A stretch of 64,000 nt of DNA from Mycobacteriales bacterium (GTDB taxonomy: Bacteria; Actinomycetota; Actinomycetes; JALYNC01): contig JBBSHH010000003.1 of the NCBI GenBank assembly GCA_038253225.1, positions 545 to 64,544 of the forward strand. The letters are read 5' to 3'. The notes below the pieces were generated by a model that saw only the letters and a program-made list of their open reading frames with translations, made no database searches and was not told the DNA's origin. The position numbers were made by a program, and so were the translations under genes. Positions 56,765-64,000 of this stretch are shown here, one piece after another (positions within the stretch are counted from its first letter, which is position 1; each line of letters opens with the position of its first letter).

Positions 56765-57976
56765 ATGACCGAACCCCGCCTGAGCACCGGAGCGGCGACG
56801 GCGCCGACCGCGCGGCGCGGGTGGGTGAGCGCGAAGGCGGAGACCTTCACCGAGTCGGTGATCCGCGAGATGACCCGGTTGTGCCTGCAGCACGACGGGG
56901 TGAACCTGGCGCAGGGTTTCCCCGACTTCGCCTGCCCACCGGAGCTGAAGGCGGCGGCCAAGGCCGCGATCGACGCGGACGTCAACCAGTACGCCATCAC
57001 CTGGGGGGCGCGGGAGTTCCGGTCGGCCATCGCCGCGAAGGTGGCCACGACCTACCCGGGGTGGGCGGTCGACCCGGAACGGGAGATCTGCGTGACCTGC
57101 GGGTCGACCGAGGCCATGATCGCGACGCTGCTCGCGACCGTCGACCCCGGCGACGAGGTGGTGGTGTTCGAGCCGTACTACGAGAACTACGGCCCGGACG
57201 CGATCCTGTCCGGCGCGGTGCCCCGCTACGTTGCGCTGCACCCTCCGGACTGGTCGATCGACGAGGCCGAGCTGCGGGCGGCGTTCTCCACGCGCACCCG
57301 GGCGATCATCGTCAACACCCCGCACAACCCGACCGGCAAGGTGTTCAGCCGGAGCGAGCTGGAGCTGGTCGCCGAGCTCTGCCAGCACCACGACGTGCTC
57401 TGCGTGACCGACGAGATCTATGAGCACATCCACTACCTCGGCCCCGGTGGACATGTCCCGCCGGCGACCGTCCCCGGGCTCGAGGACCGGACCGTGACGA
57501 TCAACGCGCTGTCCAAGACCTACGCGGTCACCGGCTGGCGGGTCGGCTGGACCATCGCGAGCCCCGAGCTCACCGGGGCGATCCGCAAGGTGCACGACTT
57601 CCTGACCGTGGGGGCCGCCGCCCCGCTCCAGCAGGGCGGGGTGGCCGCGATGGGCCTGCCAGCGACGTACTACGAGGCGCTGGCCGCCGCCTACCGCGAG
57701 CGCCGGGACCTGCTCTGCGAGCTGTTGGCCGGTGCCGGCCTGCGGTTCCACACCCCCGACGGGGCCTACTACGTCCTGTGCGACACCACCGCGGTCGACC
57801 CGGCGCGCGACGATGTCGCCTTCGCCCGCCGGCTCGTCACCGACGTCGGCATCGCCGCCGTACCCGGGTCGTCGTTCTACGCCGACCCGTCGCTCGGGGC
57901 CGGCCAGATCCGGTTCGCGTTTCCCAAGCGGCTCGAGACGCTGCGAGCCGCCGGCGAGCGGCTGGCCAAGTTGTAG
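56765..57976 (+). CDS. pyridoxal-phosphate-dependent aminotransferase, class I (methionine/kynurenine aminotransferase-like)
   Basis: NLAQGFPDF, IIVNTPHNPTGKVF, SKTYAVTGWRVGW (PLP lysine). Confidence 0.9.
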   Translation: MTEPRLSTGAATAPTARRGWVSAKAETFTESVIREMTRLCLQHDGVNLAQGFPDFACPPELKAAAKAAIDADVNQYAITWGAREFRSAIAAKVATTYPGWAVDPEREICVTCGSTEAMIATLLATVDPGDEVVVFEPYYENYGPDAILSGAVPRYVALHPPDWSIDEAELRAAFSTRTRAIIVNTPHNPTGKVFSRSELELVAELCQHHDVLCVTDEIYEHIHYLGPGGHVPPATVPGLEDRTVTINALSKTYAVTGWRVGWTIASPELTGAIRKVHDFLTVGAAAPLQQGGVAAMGLPATYYEALAAAYRERRDLLCELLAGAGLRFHTPDGAYYVLCDTTAVDPARDDVAFARRLVTDVGIAAVPGSSFYADPSLGAGQIRFAFPKRLETLRAAGERLAKL

Positions 57977-57989
57977 TGGCCGCCGGCAG

Positions 57990-58862
57990 TCAGCGCTCGA
58001 CCGCGGCGAGCGGGCGAACCGGTGGCTGCGCTCCGGCCAACCGGGCCCGCGCCGCCTTCACGTGCGGGCCGTCCCGCAGCGCCGGCGGTACGGCGAGCAG
58101 GCTCGTTCGCAGCGCCCGGCCGGCCATCGACGCCGTGACATCGGTGGTGGGCAGGCCCGGCAGCGCGAACATCCGCCGCGCCCAGCGCGGCAGCATCGCG
58201 AACGCGAGCGAGGCCATGCCGGCCCACGCGGGCCGCGCCGGGGTTCCGACCGACACCCACGCCGGCATCGGTGGGAACAGCACGAACCGCGCCGCCCGCC
58301 GCGCCTCGGCCGTCATCTTCAGCTGCGGCCGCAGCGCCCGGAAGTACGTCTCCAGCCCGGCCTCGCTGTCGGGCACCTCGTCCGGTCCGAGCCCGACGAG
58401 GCGGGCGGCGACGGTCTGCTCGGCGACGTAGTCGTCGGCTTCCCAGCGGCGCAGCCGGCCGCCGCAGCGACGGTAGGTCGACAGGAACGAGTCGACCTCG
58501 CAGCAGTGCACCCAGCGCAGCAGCTCCGGGTCGTCGGCGCGGTAGGGCTGGCCGCTCTCCGGCTCGATCCCGCGCACCCGGCGGTGAATGCCGCGGACCC
58601 GGGCCGCGACGCGCTCCGCCTCGACCGTCGTGCCGTAGCTGATCGTCGCGACGTACTCGGCGGTGCGGAGCAGCCGGCCCCACGGGTCGACCCGGAAGTC
58701 CGAGTGCGCCGCGACCCCGGCCATCGCCAGCGGGTGCAGGCTCTGCAACAGCAGCGCGCGCAGCCCGGCGAGCGGCATCGACGGGTCGGCGTGCAGCCGC
58801 CAGGTGACCGAGTCGGGGCCGAACAGCCCGGGGTCGGGGGACATCACCGTCGAGGGTTGCAC
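57990..58862 (-). CDS. DUF2236 domain protein (MpaB-like oxygenase family)
   Basis: GPDSVTWRLHADPSM...LLQSLHPLAMAGVAAHS is a typical DUF2236 N-terminus. Confidence 0.8.
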   Translation of the reverse strand: MQPSTVMSPDPGLFGPDSVTWRLHADPSMPLAGLRALLLQSLHPLAMAGVAAHSDFRVDPWGRLLRTAEYVATISYGTTVEAERVAARVRGIHRRVRGIEPESGQPYRADDPELLRWVHCCEVDSFLSTYRRCGGRLRRWEADDYVAEQTVAARLVGLGPDEVPDSEAGLETYFRALRPQLKMTAEARRAARFVLFPPMPAWVSVGTPARPAWAGMASLAFAMLPRWARRMFALPGLPTTDVTASMAGRALRTSLLAVPPALRDGPHVKAARARLAGAQPPVRPLAAVER

Positions 58863-58932
58863 GGGTACGGCGTACCCGCTCGGTGGCCGGTGACCGCCGC
58901 CGCGCCGGAGACGGTCGGCGTGGACACCGCGG

Positions 58933-59808
58933 TCAGCCGGTCGCGGTGCCGGCGTCGACGGCCCGCCAAAAGGCGAGCAGGGTGTCCGCGGTCGCCTCCG
59001 GTGCCTCGGCGGCGGGGGAGTGCACCGCGTCGGGGACGGCCACGTAGCGGGCGCCGAGCCGTCGCGCCATCTCGGCCTGCACCGCCCCGGGCCACGCGTC
59101 GTCGTCCTCGCCGTGGGCCACCAGGATCGGTACGCCGCTGCGCCGCAGCTCCTCCACCGTGTCCGGCTCGGTGAGCAGTGTCTCGCCCATGACCTTCATG
59201 CCGGCCGCGGAGCTGGCGAGGAAACGCCGCTCGAGGAACTCCTGCATCTCCGGCGGTTGCGCTGCGGCCCTGGGGTCGCCGGCGCTGAGCGCCTTGGTGG
59301 CGGCCCAGACGGCGGGTACGCCGCCCTGCCGCAGCACCGATCGGAGCCGGCGCAGCCACACCGACCGCTGGCCGGGGATCGCCGCCGGCCCGGAACCCAG
59401 CAGCACCAGGGAGCGGAAGCACTGGGGGGCGTTCAGCACCGCCCGCCGGGCCACCAGCCCGCCGAAGGAATGACCGAGCAGGTGCACCGGGGCCCCGCCC
59501 ATCCAGGCCACCACGGCCAGCACGTCGGCGGCCAGCGCGTCGACGGTGTAGGCGCTGTCCTCCTCGGGCCCGACCGACTCGTACTGACCGCGCTGGTCGT
59601 AGGCGACGACGTGCCGCCCGTCCGCCGCGATCGCCCCGAGGACGGCGATGAAGTCCTCCTTGCTGCCGGTGAACCCGGGCACCAGCACGACGCCGGTGCG
59701 CTGCGTACCCGGGCGGCCGGCTTCCAGCAGGGCCAGCCGGCCGGCAGCGGTGTCGACGTGGGCGCTCGTCACGCCGACGGGCGGGCGGAGGTAGGGCGGC
59801 ACGCTCAC
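58933..59808 (-). CDS. alpha/beta hydrolase
   Basis: Nucleophile elbow GHSFGG, with the HG oxyanion region VVLVPGFTGS. The GTG start overlaps the stop of the upstream metallophosphoesterase (GTGA). The upstream 380 codons of the track ORF are Arg/Pro/Gly junk. Confidence 0.85.
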   Translation of the reverse strand: MSVPPYLRPPVGVTSAHVDTAAGRLALLEAGRPGTQRTGVVLVPGFTGSKEDFIAVLGAIAADGRHVVAYDQRGQYESVGPEEDSAYTVDALAADVLAVVAWMGGAPVHLLGHSFGGLVARRAVLNAPQCFRSLVLLGSGPAAIPGQRSVWLRRLRSVLRQGGVPAVWAATKALSAGDPRAAAQPPEMQEFLERRFLASSAAGMKVMGETLLTEPDTVEELRRSGVPILVAHGEDDDAWPGAVQAEMARRLGARYVAVPDAVHSPAAEAPEATADTLLAFWRAVDAGTATG

Positions 59809-60347
59809 GACGCGGCTCCGGCGCGCTGGGCGGCCCGCGCGGGGCCTTGGGACGGCGGCAGGCGGTGCAGCTCGACGTCGTGCAGGCCGCCGGCGCGCAC
59901 GGTGGCGGTCAGGTAGGTGGCGGTCGGCTGTCGCCGCCGGTCGGTGGGTGAGCCCGGGTTGAGCAGGCGCAGTCCGCCCGGGGCGACGCTGTCCCACGGG
60001 ATGTGGCTGTGCCCGAAGATCACCACGTCGGCATCCGGAAACCGCTCGGCGCAGCGGCGCTCCCGGCCTGCCGCCGGCCCGGTCTCGTGCACGACGGCGA
60101 CGCGCAACCCGGCCAGGTCCGCGGTGGCGACCTGGGGCAGCCGGGCTCGCAGCGCCGCGCCGTCGTTGTTCCCGACGACCCCGATCAGCCGCCGGCTGCG
60201 ACCGGCCAGCGCATCGAGCGCGGCGAGCTCGACCCAGTCCCCGGCGTGGACCACCACGTCGGCTCGGTCGACCTCCGCCCACACCTCGGCCGGCAGCTCC
60301 CGGGCGCGGACCGGCAGGTGGGTGTCGGCGAGAACCAGCAGCCGCAC
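59805..60347 (-). CDS. metallophosphoesterase (YfcE-like)
   Basis: MRLLVLADTHL, GDWV, GNND, and GHSH motifs of the calcineurin-like phosphoesterase fold. Confidence 0.85.
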   Translation of the reverse strand: MRLLVLADTHLPVRARELPAEVWAEVDRADVVVHAGDWVELAALDALAGRSRRLIGVVGNNDGAALRARLPQVATADLAGLRVAVVHETGPAAGRERRCAERFPDADVVIFGHSHIPWDSVAPGGLRLLNPGSPTDRRRQPTATYLTATVRAGGLHDVELHRLPPSQGPARAAQRAGAAS

Positions 60348-60350
60348 GGC

Positions 60351-62057
60351 TCAGCCGGTGTCGGCGCGCGGCGCGTCGGTGGGTCCGGTGGCGCCGTCGG
60401 ACTGCCCGCGACCCCGGCTGCGCCGGCGGCGGCTCGGCGCGGCGGTCGTCGGGTCGGGCGAACCGTCCGGTCCGGAGCGAGCGGATCCGCTGGCCTCGGC
60501 GCCGACCGGGCCGCCGGCGGCCGGGGCGCCGCCGGTGCCCGCTGCGCCGTTCTCGCCGCCGCCTCGGGTCCGGCGGCGGGCGCGGCTGCGACCGGCCGGA
60601 CGCGCGCTGTCCGGGCTCGGACCCGGGCCGCCGCGCGGCGCCGTCGGAGTGCGGCGGGAGCGGGCCCGGCCGGTCTCGCCGAGATCCTCGATCTCCTCCG
60701 CGCCGAGCCCCACCCGGGTCCGCTGCGCCCGCGGCAGCCGACCGGTGACGCCGGTCGGGATGTCGAGCTCGGCGTAGAGGGACTCCGAGGTGGAGTAGGT
60801 CTCCGGCGGCTCCGGGTACGGCAGCCCCAGGGCGGTGTTGATCATCGACCAGCGGGGGAGGTCGTCCCAGTCGACGAACGTCACCGCAATGCCCGACCCA
60901 CCGGCCCGGCCGGTGCGTCCGATCCGGTGCAGGTAGGTCTTCTCGTCCTCGGGGCACTGGTAGTTGACGACGTGGGTCACGCCGGTGACGTCGATGCCGC
61001 GGGCCGCGACGTCGGTGGCGACCAGCACGTCGATCTTGCCGGACCGGAACGCGCGCAGCGCCTGCTCGCGCTGTCCCTGGCCGAGGTCCCCGTGCACCGC
61101 GGCGGCGGCGAACCCGCGGCCCACCAGGTCCTCGGCGACCTTGTCGCAGGTGCGTTTGGTCCGGCAGAACACCATGGTCAGGCCCCGGTCACGGGCCTGC
61201 AGGATGCGGGCCAGCATCTCGGCCTTGTCCATGGCGTGCGCCCGCAGCACGTGCTGCGAGGTCTCCGGCACGGTCGCGAGCTCGTCCGGTTGCTCGGCCC
61301 GGACGTGCGTCGGCTGCCGCAGGTAGCGCCGCGAGAGGGCCACCACCGGGGCTGGCATCGTCGCCGAGAACAGCATGGTCTGCCGCTCGGTGGCGGTCAG
61401 CATGAGGATGCGCTCGACGTCGGGCAGGAAGCCGAGGTCGAGCATCTCGTCGGCTTCGTCGAGCACCAGCATCCGTACGCCGGACAGGTCGAGCGTGCCC
61501 TGCCGGGCCAGGTCGAGCAGCCGGCCGGGCGTGCCGACCACGACCTCGACACCGGCCTTGAGCTTCTCGACCTGCGGCTCGTAGGACCGGCCGCCGTAAA
61601 TGGCGATGACCCGGACGCCGCGGGTCCGGCCGGCGGCGGCGATGTCACCGGCCACCTGCGTGCACAGCTCTCTGGTCGGGACGACGACGAGAGCCTGCGG
61701 CCGACCGGGCCCCGGCATCGTGACCCGCTGCAGCAGCGGCACGCCGAACGCGAGCGTCTTGCCGGTGCCGGTGCGGGCCTGGCCGATCAGGTCGTGGCCG
61801 TCGAGGGCGAGCGGGATCGCCAGGGTCTGGATGGCGAACGGGGTGATGATGTCGAGCGCGGCTAGCGCCTCAACTGTCTCGGGCAGGACCCCGAGCTCGG
61901 CGAACGTCTTCAGCGGTACAGCCTCTCCGCAGGGCGGAGACCCGGTATGCCGGCGCGCCGGCCCGCACCCGGAAACGTCGAGACACACGCGCCGGGGGGC
62001 TGACGGTTGCGCCGAGAACGGCTGCTCCGCGGTTTTCTGGCGTGGCCGACCGGCCAC
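60351..62057 (-). CDS. deaD: DEAD-box ATP-dependent RNA helicase with Arg/Gly-rich C-terminal tail
   Basis: Q motif FAELG, AQTGTGKT-type Walker A (ARTGTGKT), DEAD (LDEADEML), SAT, and HRIGRTGRAG. The start is uncertain: track start 62057, or CTG/GTA near 61913-61919, which would give MKTFAELG. Confidence 0.9.
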   Translation of the reverse strand: MAGRPRQKTAEQPFSAQPSAPRRVCLDVSGCGPARRHTGSPPCGEAVPLKTFAELGVLPETVEALAALDIITPFAIQTLAIPLALDGHDLIGQARTGTGKTLAFGVPLLQRVTMPGPGRPQALVVVPTRELCTQVAGDIAAAGRTRGVRVIAIYGGRSYEPQVEKLKAGVEVVVGTPGRLLDLARQGTLDLSGVRMLVLDEADEMLDLGFLPDVERILMLTATERQTMLFSATMPAPVVALSRRYLRQPTHVRAEQPDELATVPETSQHVLRAHAMDKAEMLARILQARDRGLTMVFCRTKRTCDKVAEDLVGRGFAAAAVHGDLGQGQREQALRAFRSGKIDVLVATDVAARGIDVTGVTHVVNYQCPEDEKTYLHRIGRTGRAGGSGIAVTFVDWDDLPRWSMINTALGLPYPEPPETYSTSESLYAELDIPTGVTGRLPRAQRTRVGLGAEEIEDLGETGRARSRRTPTAPRGGPGPSPDSARPAGRSRARRRTRGGGENGAAGTGGAPAAGGPVGAEASGSARSGPDGSPDPTTAAPSRRRRSRGRGQSDGATGPTDAPRADTG

Positions 62058-62180
62058 GACACGAGCAACACTCTACCGGCCGCTGCGCTTCCGCCGACGG
62101 TGGCGCCGCCGCGCCGCCGTAGGGTCACGCGATGGCTTCCGGGTGCCGGGGGACGCCGTGGGGAGGCGAGGGAGGCCGAG

Positions 62181-62858
62181 GTGAGCGAGTCCGGAGGCCG
62201 ACCGGTCGACCCGGCCGCGGCAGATCCCGCGGTGGTCGACCTGCTCGGTGTGCTCGCCTACGCCGAGCTCACCGCCTTCGAGCGGCTCGCCGACGACGCC
62301 CGGTTCGCCCCGACGCTCGAGGACAAGGCGGCGCTCGGTGAGATGGCGGTGGCGGAGTTCGGACACTTCCGCCGGCTGCACACCCGGTTGCACGAGCTCG
62401 GGGTCGATCCGGCCGCGGCGATGCAGCCGTTCGCCGCGCCGCTGGACGCCTTCCACGACTCCACGGCGCCGGGTGACTGGCTGGAGGGTCTGGTCAAGGC
62501 CTACGTCGGTGACGGGATCGCGACCGACTTCTACCGCGAGGTAGCGGCGTACGTCGATGAGCCGACCCGGAGCCTGGTCCTCGACGTCCTCGCCGACACC
62601 GGCCACGCCGCCTTCGCCGTGGACCGGGTCCGGGCCGCCATCGCCGCCGACCCCTCGATCGCCGGCCGGCTGGCGCTATGGGGCCGTCGGCTCGTCGGGG
62701 AGGCGCTGACCCAGGCGCAGCGGGTGGCGGTCGACCGGGACGCGCTCGCGACGCTGCTCGTCGGAGGTCGCGGCGACCTCGCCGAGGTGGTCGCGGTGCT
62801 GGCCCGGATCACCGAGGCGCATCAGCAGCGGATGGTCCGGCTCGGGCTGTCCGGTTGA
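62181..62858 (+). CDS. ferritin-like domain protein (conserved actinobacterial)
   Basis: GTG at 62181 after GGGAGGCCGAG. Four-helix-bundle pattern with E/H-containing helices (YAELTAFERL, AEFGHFRRLH). Confidence 0.65.
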   Translation: MSESGGRPVDPAAADPAVVDLLGVLAYAELTAFERLADDARFAPTLEDKAALGEMAVAEFGHFRRLHTRLHELGVDPAAAMQPFAAPLDAFHDSTAPGDWLEGLVKAYVGDGIATDFYREVAAYVDEPTRSLVLDVLADTGHAAFAVDRVRAAIAADPSIAGRLALWGRRLVGEALTQAQRVAVDRDALATLLVGGRGDLAEVVAVLARITEAHQQRMVRLGLSG

Positions 62859-62921
62859 CCGGGGCACGTCGAAGCCGCCGGACCCCGCGGGGACCGGCGG
62901 CTTCGCAACGCGACTGGGTCG

Positions 62922-63185
62922 TTACAAGCGGCTGCGGCTACCGCGTGCGGAGCCGCTGACGAGTGCGACGAGGAGTGCCGCGATGACCACGGAGACGATC
63001 AGCGTGATGATGCCGTGCCCGCTACCGACCACGGCCCGGGTGATCAGGCCGCCGACGAGGGCACCGACGACGCCGAGCCCGATGGTCAGGGCGATTCCCA
63101 TGCTCTGACGGCCCGGTACAGCCAGTCGGGCCAGGGCACCGACGATGGCCCCGATGACGATGTAGCTGATGATCAGACCGATCAT
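62922..63185 (-). CDS. GlsB/YeaQ/YmgE family stress-response membrane protein
   Basis: MIGLIISYIVIGAIVGALARLAVPG...GIALTIGLGVVGALVGGLI is a near-consensus transglycosylase-associated protein. Confidence 0.8.
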   Translation of the reverse strand: MIGLIISYIVIGAIVGALARLAVPGRQSMGIALTIGLGVVGALVGGLITRAVVGSGHGIITLIVSVVIAALLVALVSGSARGSRSRL

Positions 63186-63295
63186 TGTGCCCTCCTCGAG
63201 AAGACGAACTGTTGGCCGCGGTATTACCCGCGCACTTCCCGGGTGAATCAGCCCGACCCGTGGTGGCAGGCGAAACTTCCCTGGACGCTAGACCG

Positions 63296-63523
63296 CTACA
63301 TCGCCCCGAAGCCGACCCGGCGTGACTCGACCTCGGCAATCTCGACGTAGGCAATCTTCTCGGCCGGCACGAGCACCCGCCGGCCCTTCTCGTCGACCAG
63401 CGACAGGACGCCGCCGCCGTCCTCGAGCGCGGTCGCGACGGCCCGCTCGATCTCATCCGGTGACTGTCCGCTCTCCAGCACTATCTCTCGGGGGGCGTAC
63501 TGCACGCCGATCTTGACTTCCAC
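63296..63523 (-). CDS. DUF3107 family protein
   Basis: VEVKIGVQYAPREIVLESGQSPDEIERAVA...KIAYVEI. GTG at 63523 preceded by GAGAGG. The upstream 26 codons of the track ORF are probably untranslated. Confidence 0.8.
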   Translation of the reverse strand: MEVKIGVQYAPREIVLESGQSPDEIERAVATALEDGGGVLSLVDEKGRRVLVPAEKIAYVEIAEVESRRVGFGAM

Positions 63524-63634
63524 TGCTGACCTCTCGGTTCGGCACGGTGCCCGGGGGCGCTGGACTCCGGTTCCGAGGTTAGTGGACGGCGGCCGCCGCA
63601 CCGCCGGTCCGGCCGTACGCCGACCGCGAACGGC

Positions 63635-64000
63635 TCACCCGGTGCGCGGAAAACCGGACAGCCCCCGCCAGGCCAGCCCCGCGAGCAGTCGGACCGCGTC
63701 GTCCTTTGGGACCCGGCCGGCCGAGGACAACCACCAGCGGGCGCTGACCTCGGCCAGTCCGGCCAGCCCGACGGAGAGCAGCCGGGCCTCGTCCGGTCCG
63801 GCGCCGGTGTCGTCGGCGATGGCGGTGGCGATGGCCTCCACGCTGCGGTCCAGTGAACGCTCCACCCGCTCGCGGACCGCCGGCTCGTTGCGCAGGTCGG
63901 ACTCGAAGACCAGCCGGAACGCCTCGCCCTCGCGGTCGACGAAGTCGAAGTACGCGGCGATGCTGGCGGCCACCCTGGCCCGGTTGTCGTCGGTGGCCTG
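63635..64000 (-). CDS. TetR-family regulator, C-terminal ligand-binding domain (partial; gene continues past the window end)
   Basis: Helical C-terminal domain composition. The ORF is open to the window edge, so the N-terminal HTH is presumably beyond 64000. Confidence 0.45.
   Translation of the reverse strand, partial: QATDDNRARVAASIAAYFDFVDREGEAFRLVFESDLRNEPAVRERVERSLDRSVEAIATAIADDTGAGPDEARLLSVGLAGLAEVSARWWLSSAGRVPKDDAVRLLAGLAWRGLSGFPRTG

Noticed and set aside
55742-57751. 669-aa minus-strand ORF overlapping the VOC, alkA and aminotransferase region
   Set aside because: Gly/Arg/Pro low-complexity translation. It conflicts with the clearly recognisable aminotransferase on the plus strand. 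Only the alkA frame on the minus strand is real.
58933-60957. 674-aa minus ORF (alpha/beta hydrolase with 380-aa N-terminal extension)
   Set aside because: The N-terminal 380 residues are Arg/Pro/Gly junk antisense to the metallophosphoesterase region. The hydrolase proper starts at GTG 59808, which overlaps the upstream gene stop.
1-64000. Search for mobile elements, CRISPR arrays, rRNA/tRNA genes and compositional islands
   Set aside because: No transposase, integrase or recombinase motifs, no regularly spaced direct repeats, no tRNA-like cloverleaf segments, and no drop in GC anywhere in the window. The region reads as conserved core chromosome.

Overview
This is a uniformly very GC-rich (about 70-75%) chromosomal segment with the gene content and order of a core Actinomycetota region. 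It is broadly syntenic with the Mycobacterium Rv1110-Rv1256 neighbourhood: ispH, rmuC, ychF, typA, mshB, fdxC-dapC, dapD, dapE, LOG, tag, DUF3117, glgA-glgC, an Rv1220c-like O-methyltransferase, sigE-rseA-htrA-tatB, mrp, DUF1003 and MgtE_N/CBS proteins, a DEAD-box helicase and DUF3107. I saw no rRNA, tRNA, CRISPR array, transposase or integrase, and no low-GC island, so this looks like core genome rather than a mobile island. About 70 CDS are supportable. Many of the long six-frame ORFs are shadow ORFs that arise because stop codons are rare in high-GC DNA; I rejected them on low-complexity Arg/Pro/Ala/Gly composition and on overlap with better-supported genes. The main departures from the mycobacterial layout are listed here.

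- An orphan PilB/GspE-type secretion ATPase carries MshEN-like c-di-GMP-binding motifs, extra zinc ribbons and a C-terminal receiver-like domain. It has no pilus or secretion partners nearby.
- An RseB/MucB-like gene sits inside a translationally coupled sigE-rseA-rseB-htrA unit, with a textbook GGAAC-N17-CGTT ECF promoter upstream of sigE.
- A divergent FtsH-like AAA/M41 protease carries a roughly 60-residue insertion in its AAA module.
- A fur-catalase operon overlaps by ATGA.
- Two LOG paralogs sit in tandem.
- Several genes (dapC, PHP phosphoesterase, O-methyltransferase, tag) have conserved N-termini that lie upstream of any ATG/GTG/TTG, suggesting CTG or ATC initiation.
- A (CCTGACG)x5 microsatellite carries the typA stop codon.

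I worked without alignment tools. Start positions are derived by codon arithmetic from the ORF track and may be off by a few codons.
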